DNA of 63,881 nt, counting the filler, from Collodictyon triciliatum (Eukaryota), in assembly GCA_043381765.1 (NCBI GenBank). It is 21 parts of 21 records of this genome, joined end to end, with 100 filler letters (N's around TTAATTAATTAA, not from the genome) between each part and the next. Parts side by side here need not be neighbours in the genome. Positions count along the whole stretch, not along the records: positions 42,893 to 45,851 come from JBHJMP010008013.1; positions 45,952 to 48,910 come from JBHJMP010008014.1; positions 49,011 to 51,969 come from JBHJMP010008015.1; positions 52,070 to 55,029 come from JBHJMP010008016.1; 17 more parts are not named here. One strand, written 5' to 3'. A model generated the notes under the pieces. The model had not been told where the DNA came from and did no database searches. It saw only the letters and a program-made list of their open reading frames with translations. The position numbers and the translations under genes are program-made. Position 1 is the first letter of the stretch, and each line of letters starts with the position of its first letter. Below are positions 43,248-55,129 of the stretch, in pieces.

Positions 43248-45750
43248 ATGAACACGAGCCGCGAGCCTCTCTCTTCCCGGCCGAGTTCCTCTGCAGACAG
43301 ACGGTTTATTTCCCACCATTTGTTTCATACACGCTTGTTTCGCCCATTTTTACTTTGCTGGAGCTGACTTTATTTTTTAAAAAAAGGATTCTTTTTGAAA
43401 TAGAATAAAAAAGATTAAAAAAAAGGAGAAAATGAAACTAACTTGTTCAAAAAAAAACTTGTGACAGAGGTTCACCTCTCCCAAACTCTTCTGCTTCCGG
43501 TTGGGTACATCCAGGAAATCCTCTTGTCTATCGACAGCAGAAAAAGCTTCCCAGTAATACAAAAATTACAGTCATTGTCATCACCACCATCACTACCATC
43601 ACCATCATCACCATCATCACTGTCATGTGAAATTAGGTTCACCTAGCCATGAAGCTCGGTCATCAACCGAATTGCAGTCTCGTATTGTCGGTCTTATGGA
43701 ACAATCAGAGAGAGGATCTGATACGCTCAGTAATTTATTCTCGTCACATATATACTATCACTGCTTACTAAATATGAGCTTAGTGATTCTATGAATTTCG
43801 ATTGCATAACTCATAGAGGGATGCTTTAAAATATATAGGGTCATTTATGTTATATTTCTTTCGATTAAAGGAGAAAAAATATTTTCCTCTTATCATTATT
43901 GCAATACTAGTAGTATCAGTAATTGTAATGGTAATGGTAATGGTAATAGTAATAATAATTTATAAAATATTGACAGGCACGTCCCTTGAAAGCCTTTATT
44001 TGGATGATGCGTCAATATCCAGCGGAGATGGTATCGATATTTATCATATAAACTACCCTGCTATAATACCTGCCTATTTCTCGCAGTCACTCATCATAAC
44101 GCTATATGGCGCTTGTATAGTTCCTAAGTTTTTGAAGCGGGCTCTCAGTTCACGACAAAGCCAAACACCTTACTCGAACAGGAACTCCAAATGTACTAAA
44201 CTATATTTAAATTTGACGCATTACTTAGGCTGTAACTTAATATATATGCTGTACAGCTATGGAAAATATTAATACCTGGTGAATTTATTTAGCATCTCCA
44301 GAATCAATTGTTCCTATAGAGGCATCTCATCAGTCGTTATCCAGTCGCCCATCGTCAGACCATTCTAAAAGAGGTATATATGAGTATTCTTACACATAGG
44401 CTCTTCGACGACTGAATGTGATTGACTGTATATTAAGTGTATGTCTGCTTACTGTGTGAAACATGTGCATAAGAAGGCTGTGTAACACGATGCTTAAATA
44501 TGGTCTTATTCGAAAAACAATAATCATGTAATACATTTGAGCGCAATAATCCAATATTTTCTTTCTGAAAAACGGGGGGAAACTACCTAGCTCATGGTCA
44601 GATTAGGTCCCAGAGTACCACATCATTCAAGAGCACTACCGGCCAACAATCACAACAATACCAAATCAGACCTAATAGCCGAGTAAAGACAATTTACAAA
44701 TGCACTTTATTAATAACACCTCCCTTGTAATTACTATTGATTAAAAGGCTATTTTTTTTTTAAAAAAAAGGAATATAAATCAATAGCGTTCCATCATAGG
44801 GCCAATAACTTTTTGGATTACACGTATTTTAAATTGAATACTATTGAATGGGAAAATAATTGTAGGACATTTCCTTTTTAACTGATGAACGGCATTCTAA
44901 CTGTGAAGCCGTGCCTACCAGCTTAATTGAGCCTGATGACTTTATTTACGAAAATGCTGAACCTATTCAAAATTATGATGAAGCTGATATCCTATATGAA
45001 GGTTAATTATATTATTTAAGGAAAAATATGTGGTGTCTCCTTTAATGGTTTTTTTTGAAAAAGAAAAGTAATTTGATAAGGGCTCGATGAACTTTAATTG
45101 CATTATAGCAAAATCTGTATAGCAACTTTGTTTTACAGGGTCCCATATTTCCATGCACTTTATGCATTAATTTTTTTTTATTGATATACTTAAAGTAAGT
45201 ATGTGTAATTTAACACACATATTCATGCTTTAGGAGGCAAAAAAATGGTCCAAGTCTTCCCATCAAGAAAGCCGTCTGGGCGCGGAGAAGTGGTCCACTT
45301 ACAAAAGTGGCTAGATAAGAAGCTACTTAAGATTAACCAATCATTCTCCGGTTATAATTCAGTCAAAAGAAATATCCTCTTGCATGAATATATTAAAAGA
45401 TTCGTATTTTTTTTTTTTTACATAATTTGTCCCTAGGGTGAGATGTATATATTCATCTACATATCTATATTGCGAACAGGAGCTGAATGGGGATTCGAGC
45501 TCGACAAAATATTGGTGATTGGCATTCACGAAATAGGGAGACAGGTTAGTCAGCAAAGAGCGAAATGGATAATTTGAAGAGCATTTTCTTATTTACGTAT
45601 TTATTAACAAATAAAACTGACCGACAGATATCTGTCAACTGTAATGAGAGAGGTGAAATCATGAAGAGAATGTGGGATCTTCAAAGAGAAGTTTTTGGCA
45701 AAGTGAAAGAGCAAAACGAGGAATATACAAAGAAAATAGCCTCACGTGCG
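43248..45750 (+). CDS. Axonemal dynein light chain domain protein (AXDND1-like), 3' partial
   Basis: VFPSRKPSGRGEVVHL and IHEIGRQ|ISVNCNERGEIMKRMW match the AXDND1/p28 motif. The upstream exon structure is uncertain. Confidence 0.65.
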
Positions 45751-45951
45751 TTAAATATCTAGCATTTTCTCTGAGATCCTTTTTGCTTTTCTTGCTGTTC
45801 CTCCCCCCCCCCCGCTTCTTCCTTTTTTTTTTTTCTTTTTCTTTTTTTTTTNNNNNNNNNNNNNNNNNNNNNNNNNNNNNNNNNNNNNNNNNNNNTTAAT
45901 TAATTAANNNNNNNNNNNNNNNNNNNNNNNNNNNNNNNNNNNNNNNNNNNN

Positions 45952-46003
<52 letters not shown>

Positions 46004-46094
46004 GCAGCAGCAAAAAAAAAAAAAAGGAGAAACGACGGAGGGTTTTTGGGAAAACTTTTCATGCCAAGCAAACCCCATCGAACTTGAGGAATGT

Positions 46095-46290
46095 GACCCG
46101 AACAAAGACGCAGAATTTTTGCAGCTTCAAACTTATTCACGCAAAGTTTTATACAAATGGAGGGAGTACACCAACTTTCGATTGGTAAACGTGGTGCGCT
46201 AGTATCCAAGGTCTCATCACTTTTTTCACAGAGGTTGTGCAGTGGTGAAGGCTGCCAGGAAAGACCCAACAGCCTGTTTTTTTAAAGAAA
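46095..46290 (-). ncRNA. Candidate Fanzor omegaRNA scaffold
   Basis: Directly 3' of the ORF, with successive hairpins at 46249-46275, about 46213-46248 and 46170-46186 (GAAA loop). The first two are conserved in copy 1. Confidence 0.55.
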
Positions 46291-48874
46291 GGTGTATGCA
46301 TTATTTTGAAGGATGAAAAGAACTTTCTTGAGTATATTACTAGCGCTGTTAAGTCCCTTGTCAAGAATACACTTTGTTTGCTTTCTGAACGATTGCATTC
46401 TTCTCACATGAGACATTTATACACTTTTTTTGAATTTCCTTTCAGTTTCATGTATTCCAGTTCCTTTTCGCAGTTGCAACACATCTTGGAGGTACTAAAT
46501 TCGTTTACAATAATTGGTTCAAAACGTTTGGATTGTATTTTTTATAACCCTCTTCCGATTGTTGGCATAAAAAGTTCGTCGGACATTTTTTGCTCCAGTC
46601 TCCATACACCAGTACAACATCCCTGCCAAATGTCTTTTCGATTCGGTCCATAAACAACTGTTCACTCCTTTTTGTATCGATATATTGTCTCCATATCATC
46701 TTTCGAAAAGCTACTTGTTCATAAAATCTGGAAAATTCTATCTGGTATCCTGATTTCATAGATACATAATCTCGAAATTTTTCATAATTGACCATGCATG
46801 AATTATGTTTACTCAGTTCTGTCTCTAAATCGTTTAAGGATGCTCTTAATCTCTCAAACTGCTGATTCTCTTCAAAAGTCCTGGGAACAAAAGAAACAGC
46901 ACTTTGTTAATCCGTTGCCATGCATATCCCTGAAGCGTTGTACTTTTCTTTTTTCTCGCATGAGTATTTTGTGATTTTCAAGAGATTTGCTATCATGTCT
47001 TCTTTGGTGTGTCGTGTGACGTAATTTCTTACCTGTCTCATCCGCCATGTAAACCAAATTAAACTTGCCTGTGTCCACTCAAACTATTTTTTTTTTTTTG
47101 TCTCTAATAAAGATAATCGCTCTTCGGAAAGTTCATCTATATAAACATATTCTTGGGTGTTTTGATTAAATTTGGATTTTGAATTTGAAACACCTTTCTT
47201 TTCAAACAATAATGACACCGCCAAGCCGTCTGTTTGTATCATGTATTTAAAATTCTAGTCTCTTTGATGAAAGACCCTCTTCTTCATATCAAAGAATTCA
47301 TCCCATAGTGTCTCTTTGCATCTTGATATATTCTTCAGTAATGATGATTTCCAAGTTGATACTAATATATTTATTAGACATGCAGTATCTAGAGTAATAT
47401 AATATGGTATATTGGTAGTTCTTATAGAGATTGGTGGAAACAGTTTGGCTCCAATGTCCTCAAAAATGCGATTCGTATAAATCAGACATGGTATGCACTT
47501 ATTTGGATTGACTTTGACATCATATTTGATACATTTTACAATATCGCTGGGAATGATACGATTCAAATGCGCTATAGCCCATTCTTTATATTGTTCCGGT
47601 ATTTTGAGTTTCTTGAAGATGGCTTTTTTTAAAGTCTTATAACTCTGGCTTTTTAATAGCTTCCGTAACATTCTCATCTTAAGGTACTGTTTGATTTAAA
47701 AAGCGCAGTAACCTATTTACAAAATGTTCCTTAATGTTATTATGATAAGCTGTTAACATTTGCTTCGCCAAGTACGGTAATATATGAGACAGTCCAACCA
47801 ACGGTAAGCGTTCTCGGGACAAAAGGAATCGAAAATCATTGAGATAAAAAGTCATCATTTCATCTCATTTCTGGTTTTTTTATCTTGCTGGTCAATCTTG
47901 TGAAACTTCTCCGACAGTCTTTAAAGCGTACAAAAACAACTTTTCATCGATTGTTGGGAGTTGTTGTGATTTCAATATGTAACATCTTGCAAACAGATAA
48001 AGCGTCGGTAACCAAGTTATGACACAATAAAACGGTACCGTTGATTTTGTCATAGTCATCTGCATTCTTTACAATCGACTTTAGAGATGTTTTTACATTT
48101 CGATAGGGTGGTTTTACAGACTTTGGATTCTCATACTCAAGATGTTTACTTTTCTTCATCTGAAAGTCTTTGTTTTACTTTTTCTTTTAAAAAAATATAG
48201 AGTTTTCAATTTTAATAAAACTTGAGTCAATCAGTCAATTTGATATTAAATAAATAAATAATCAATTAAGGTATAATTAAGCATCTACCGAGGCTTTCAA
48301 AATGTGCGCATTGTTGCAATCAGACACACAAAGTTTTTTACAAGTGATTTGAGACAAAACGCTGAGAGCCGATTCGGCGTGTTTGAAAGGACGGTGGTAT
48401 AGCCATTTCGACTGAAAGTCAACATATCGGCCCCAAACAACATGATTACCGCCGCAAGTGTGGGTGGTATGCTTTTTCGAAATGCATGTTTAGTGGCAGG
48501 TTTATAGGGTGGGTTCTGTCTGGGCTAAGGCAAGGGATTATTTGTCATTTTTGAATTTTCATGATATTGATAATATTAAATAATGTAAAATAAAATATAA
48601 ATTGATTGTAGGAACAGATAGAGATGATCAAGTATTTTTAATCTTATTATATACTAATTATACTAATATATTATTCAGTATTGTTTCTTGGATTCATCTA
48701 AGCTCCTGCTTTTGTCGATCCATATTTAATTCGATGGTTGTCAGTGCAATAAATTATTATATATGGATACACTTTTGTTGTATAAAAAGTGTTGTGTCTT
48801 GAAAGGGATATAACCACGTTCGTCACAAGCTTTGTAATGACGTTTATCCATTAACAGGCTGAATGAAACCGAAG
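46095..48874 (-). mobile_element. Fanzor-carrying element, copy 3 (decayed, longest 3' end)
   Basis: ORF remnants from 48159 to about 46300: YRNVKTSLKSIVK, GVDTGKFNLVY, VLVYGDWS, IVNEFSTSKMCCNC, CEEC, LTRD. All three RuvC acidic residues are present. The structured 3' region follows; its exact end is uncertain. Confidence 0.88.
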
Positions 48875-49011
48875 AGAAAGGAAAGAGAAAAGAGAAAAGA
48901 GAAAAGAGAANNNNNNNNNNNNNNNNNNNNNNNNNNNNNNNNNNNNNNNNNNNNTTAATTAATTAANNNNNNNNNNNNNNNNNNNNNNNNNNNNNNNNNN
49001 NNNNNNNNNNA

Positions 49012-49163
49012 TCAGCCAATCAACCAAAAAAAAAAAAAACGACCATGGAATATAGATGGTCGTATTTGTGGTACAATTAACCTTCCTGCAGTCCACTCAA
49101 ATGAGTTCTCGAAATCAGTCTTTCCGATTTTCCTTGATCCAAACTGGATATATGCAGACGTAT

Positions 49164-49246
<83 letters not shown>

Positions 49247-51295
49247 AATTCATCCGCTAATACGCCATATTTACATAACTTTGACTCGTATTGTTGACAA
49301 TATACATGTATTTGTCAAATAATATATTATATATTTAATTAAAGGGCGGATAAATGAATTCTTTGTGTATTTACTAAAAAAATAATGCAAATATATGACA
49401 ATTATTTACAGCAAGACAAGACCTTCGTGCTCATACTATGTCTGGTAGACAGTGTGTTATCATTCGCAAGTTTTATTCTGACATATCACCAAATAGAAAA
49501 GACAAAATCGATGCTTAAATTAACGATTATGAAAGTCATATTCGGATGCTTCTCGGTGTTTTTGGCATGTTAGTCTAATTCTTTAGTATCTTGATTGACT
49601 TTTCTTCATTACCATTTTTTGAAGATTTATCAATTTGAATGATAAATATATTATTATTGTTACTATGAATATCATTACTATTATTACTATTGCTACTAAC
49701 TGTAGTAATTGATGCGATTATAATTGTTACACAAAGAACTCTTTAATATACTGCTCGTCACACTCCTGCATCAGCATTTTCATTGATGCATAGTTGATTT
49801 TGTGTAAATACAGTGAGAACAGTTTATCTGGCCTTGGTATACGAAGAGCTGATTATCGACGGAAGTATTATGCAGTTGATGCTTTACGATTTCCCAGTGA
49901 CATTCTACTATACTGCTTACTCGACATTAGTTATTTATTGGTAATATTTTATATTTATATGGTTATTGGTAAGAAATTTACTAAAGTCTTGTGTATATTT
50001 ATATAATTGTATGAATTACCAATAAAATCACAACAGTCCATTATAATTTGGAGTACTCTTGAAATGTCCACAATGTGCTATTTCATTTACTGATTTGGTG
50101 AATTCTGTTTTAGTGGAGCCATTAACACATTTCCCTTTTTTCTTTTTCTTTCAAGGGCCGAGATATCATCAGACTCTACCATGGCACATAACAGTTTTAT
50201 TGAGAGGCTTCGGTGGCCGTTCATTTGTAGTAACATTATTGTTTTTACAAACTTTAGCACTGTGGCCGTCATTGATACTTACGGCTCATCTGAATTGACA
50301 AACGTATAATTAAAATTTTTTTGAAATGAATTACTGATTATAATATACTGCGTAACACGGCATTAAAGTCGGTTATATGATGGGAAAACAGTCTTCGTCA
50401 AAACAATGAATAGTTTGTGGTAATTTGCCTGAATTCTCTTGCAGAATCTCAAGATTTCCTACTACGTTATTCTTTCCACTGTGTCCAGCATATTATGTTT
50501 CTCAATGCTGTTTTTTGGGAGGAAGCTTACTCGAATGCTCTTTCAGTTCCGCTTAAATCAGCTCACAGAGAAGCAAAAGAGCACATCAAAGCGAGTACGA
50601 TTATGTATTCAAATTTTCAGTTTGCCACCGCGGGTATTTCCCACTCTCCTCTTTTTTCTTTTGTGAGTATGTCTAACCTCATCTTAATGTAGATTCATTC
50701 TGTTGTCATCGTATGCGGCTTTGGATTTCTGTTCAATTCAGTATGGCTGCTCGGAAGTCTATATATTGAGGTATTGGATATCAACGTGGCTTGCGCTCGC
50801 ATTCTGATAGGAGAGGTAATCACGCTGAATGTGAATATGAAATGCTTTCATGGCTTATCATACGTGCCTCTTTTTCTCTTTTTCTCTTTTTCTCTTTTTC
50901 TCTTTTTCTCTTTTTCTCTTTTTCTCTTTTTCTCTTTTTCTCTTTCTACCTTTCTACCTTTCTACCTTTCTACCTTTCTACCTTTCTACCTTTCTACCTT
51001 TCTACCTTTCTACCTTTCTACCTTTCCCTCCATTTTATTCCTCAAATTAATTGATTATATTTACCCATCTATGTTACGGATCTATTCTGATTAAGGCAAA
51101 TGAATAGATAAGAAAAAAATGCAAATATATTACTGCACAAATCTGAAGAACTCTAATTGCAACAAATTAAATCTAGTACCTTTTTTTAAAACATAGACGG
51201 CTCCGTGCATGATTGTTATATTCATCATGGGTGTTTTACCCGCCGATTCCCCCTTCACAAAGATTTGGATAGTGCGAGCGATGCAACGAAAGTGA
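49012..51295 (+). CDS. Multi-pass membrane protein of unknown family, multi-exon
   Basis: Exon-like blocks with GT-AG borders encode several hydrophobic helices (FVLILCLVDSVLSFASFIL, VIFGCFSVFLA, ILLYCLLDISYLL, MIVIFIMGVLP). Exact structure uncertain. Confidence 0.45.
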
Positions 51296-52070
51296 GTACC
51301 AATATTCCAGAGCCATGCCTTTAGAGTGCCTCACTTTTCACAAGCGGCAATTGAACTATCACAAAGCGCCACCTTTCTTATCACCACTCAAATCAGACTG
51401 AAAATCTTCACCCCACCGCCACTTACACCTGATTCCAACACGCCGAATGGTCCCGTCGAGAGTATCTGAGATTACTTGGTCATCGCCTCATGATTGCATC
51501 ACACGCGAATCCTCTTTCTTTATGCCAGCACTCAATAAATGAAGGAATCGAAACGAGTTGGTCTCGCGGTTGTTATTATTTTACCTTGCTTGCTCTGATT
51601 TTACTTTTTTACTATACAATTTTTTTTTTTATTTCTTTCCATTATTCCGGTCGTTTTTTCCCTGCGGTTTCTGTAACCAGTGCAAAGCATTTACGCGCCA
51701 CCCCAACTGGGTTCCAAGTGTCGCATAGTTTCGTGGAGGATTGACTGCTCATACATTCCCTTTCGCAACAGCCTCTTTTCTTTTCTTTTCTTTTCTTTTC
51801 TTTTTTCTTTTTTCTTCTTTTTTCTTTTTTCTTTTTTCTTTTTTCTTTTTCTTTTTCTTTTTCTTTTTTCTTTTTCTTTTTCTTTTTCTTTTTCTTTTTT
51901 CTTTTTTCTTTTTTCTTTTTTCTTTTTTCTTTTTTCTTTTTTCTTTTTTCTTTTTCTTTTTTCTTTTTTNNNNNNNNNNNNNNNNNNNNNNNNNNNNNNN
52001 NNNNNNNNNNNNNTTAATTAATTAANNNNNNNNNNNNNNNNNNNNNNNNNNNNNNNNNNNNNNNNNNNNT

Positions 52071-52703
52071 GCACGAGGCTCTCAAGCCTGGCTACATTGA
52101 TTTCTCGTTCGGGTGAATCATTGGAGCGAGAGAATGCACGCACACTCCATAAGGACCACAGCATATGTCCCCTTGTGACTGTCCAGAGTATTCTAGAGTC
52201 GTGGGTCATTTGGTATTGTGGGCCAAACAGGATGTCAGACGCGCTGAGACGGTTGGGAGCATAATCAAGCTCAGAGAGCATCTTGTGGGTAGAATCTGTC
52301 ACTTTTTGAGCAAGAGAGCACTTCACAAATGTGTGTTCGATAGAGTCATCTCTACTATGGCACATGGTGCATTCTGGAGAGGTCGTTGCTGCATGGACTA
52401 CGCGCGCACCTATCCACAGCTCTCTGTTGGAGATATTGAGAATTAAGGCGCGGTGTTTCTTGAGTAGCTGAGATATATGGGCTTGCTTCCAGCTTTGTAA
52501 TTTTGATTATCCGTAGTGATGAAGTTGCGGCAGATATCTTCCAGCTCCTTCAGCCTCTTGAGATTCAGCAAAGTGCCTTTCATGTTGTAGATAAGGGTCG
52601 ACAGCATCACTTGGTTCCACAACCTTACTTTCACCGGCAACCAAGAGATACAAATTGCTCCATACTGATATTTTTGATGAAACATCCGAATGCTGCACAA
52701 CAA
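52071..52703 (-). mobile_element. Degraded non-LTR (L1/Tx1-like) retrotransposon ORF2 C-terminal fragment
   Basis: zf-RVT-like CAMCHSRDDSIEHTFVKC...LWSLWSVR, plus post-RT KVRLWNQVMLSTLIY...LKELEDICRNF; stops and deletions present. Confidence 0.7.
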
Positions 52704-53588
52704 TAAAAGAGCCCTCCGTGCAGCACGTTGTTCGTGGCACGTAGCATTTACAAGATTATTTCATGAAGCTAAAATACACACAAGAGAATTAACCATAGTT
52801 TCAACAGTCCAAAACGTATTTTCCACAAACACAAAGTACGGTTCGCTGGAAGGAAGCCCATCGCTTTGGTGGGCCAAGAACTGATTTGTGGGTTTCCTCC
52901 ATTCTCGGACCTCGGGTACCATTATTGGAGGCTGCTGAGACGAACCGCACGACAACCCGAACATCAGACACGATGAGACAGCACGTCGTATGTCAGCACC
53001 GTCCCAAATATATGCGCACTGGTCCAATATTGGAAAACATCGATTGGACAGAAGAAGAGAAAGGGTGAGTCACATCAGTGTCATCTACCAAGAAACAGCC
53101 GGCACCGAGGAATCAAGGAAAATCAATGGAAGTGGATTCTGATAATTTTCAAAAGAAAGGCACAAAAGGGGAACCGACTGGAATCCATTATGGATAATGA
53201 AGATGAAGCGAAGAGTATAAATCAGCGAGAAGCTTTTTTTTTTCGATGTGTGACCCTCCCAAACCCCTAATTACCCCACTGGTTACAATATTCATATAAT
53301 ACTGTAACATAATCATGAAGGAATGGTATTGATGACTTCATAGCTATTCTAGACCCGTTGGTTGATACATCGAATGCACAATGACAAAAAAAGTTATTGC
53401 CGATGGCGCTATCAGTGCGTACAGCCATGGGATAAAACTCAATTATTAATTGCCACAGTTCTTCCAGCACCATAGAGCCCTGTCTTCATTATCTGAACAA
53501 AAGAAACCTAACTGGCGGAAAAGAAGAAGAAGGTCGACCTGATCCCCTGAACCTCAAACTGCTAGACAGCCACCGCACGAATTAGAAC

Positions 53589-54182
53589 ATGAGCAAAGAC
53601 GCCTGTCTCAAACTAAACATGTCCAATAATAGTGAGCAAGTCAGACGTATTCTATCATCACACCGACAGCAAGTTCAACATCTTATTGGCACCTATCTCC
53701 AGACGAGTTGCCTCAGAGCTGACCAGGACAACTACCCATTGATTGGCAGCGGCAATATCGACGAGTCAACAGACAGTATTTTTGACTTTGTCGATGTCAC
53801 ATCGAGTGTGGAAGATATGATCTACGTAGCTCAGACAACTATGCACATTCCCGACGAAGCTGTTTTCTTGGCCATCGTATACTTACGACGCTATCTCCAT
53901 CGAGTGCATAAGGCCTTGACAACGCGCAACCTACCCTCTCTTTTCCTGACGGCATTACTTTTGGCATCAAAGTTTCTGATCGACACTCCTTACAACAACG
54001 TAACTTACTCATATCTCGGCAAATGCTCTATCCGTGACCTCAACGTCATGGAAGTGGAGTTTCTGCGTTCGATTACCTTTCACCTTGTGGCCTCAGACTC
54101 AACCATTATGCGCATTATGGAACTCTTTGCCGCTGTCATTGCTGCCTCGAGCGAACCGCAAGGGCATCCACACGCAATATGA
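53589..54182 (+). CDS. PHO80/U-type cyclin, intronless
   Basis: LAIVYLRR...LFLTALLLASKFLIDTPYNN..YS.LG....DLNVMEVEFL..I.F.L cyclin box. Confidence 0.88.
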   Translation: MSKDACLKLNMSNNSEQVRRILSSHRQQVQHLIGTYLQTSCLRADQDNYPLIGSGNIDESTDSIFDFVDVTSSVEDMIYVAQTTMHIPDEAVFLAIVYLRRYLHRVHKALTTRNLPSLFLTALLLASKFLIDTPYNNVTYSYLGKCSIRDLNVMEVEFLRSITFHLVASDSTIMRIMELFAAVIAASSEPQGHPHAI

Positions 54183-54876
54183 AGCCAACAGGCTCAGTCT
54201 AACTTGCCCCCCAAAAAAGAACTTCGATGCTCATAAGACCACATGATATCCTCAGTCTAGAGCCAGCAGGTTACTCGAAGCCTTGGTGGATTTTCGTCGG
54301 GCTCCGAGCTGCATAGTCAATCCGAATCTCCTGCTGTCTTTTGCCACCCTCGAATCCCTTACCTCCAACTCCCTTGTGTTTCCTTCAAATCATTCGTAGA
54401 CAGATAAACAGCTTATCTGCATAGTTTTTTCTTGCATTTTGCGAGCTTAATAAATTTGTTTGCACTAAAAGCAAAGACATATATATTCCAAATATATAAG
54501 AAAAATTACGTCACATGCGCTAATTGCTTCGTGCCTATAACCTTTGTTTATAACAATATAAAAATATGAAATTTGCACTCATCTTCTTCCACATTCATAT
54601 ATTAATCAATATTGATTTTGTACTATCATCTTCAGAAAGCCAACAAAGTCATAATGACGCCTGCAATTTACTATCATTTATATAAAATTCTATATTATCC
54701 AGATTTAAATACTTCCTTTTTCTGATTCCAGTTTGAGGAGCTTTGGGTGACTGTTTAAAACACCCTGAAATTCTCGTTCTCCTGTTCATCGGTGGAACAC
54801 TTCTGCACAGAACGACTTGCCAAGGCCTACTTTGCAAGCAGCCCAGGGAAAACCCAAAAGAAAAAAAGAAAAAAAG

Positions 54877-54977
<101 letters not shown>

Positions 54978-55129
54978 AAAAAAGAAAAAAAGAAAAAAAG
55001 AAAAAAAGAAAAAAAGAAAAAAAGAAAAANNNNNNNNNNNNNNNNNNNNNNNNNNNNNNNNNNNNNNNNNNNNTTAATTAATTAANNNNNNNNNNNNNNN
55101 NNNNNNNNNNNNNNNNNNNNNNNNNNNNN

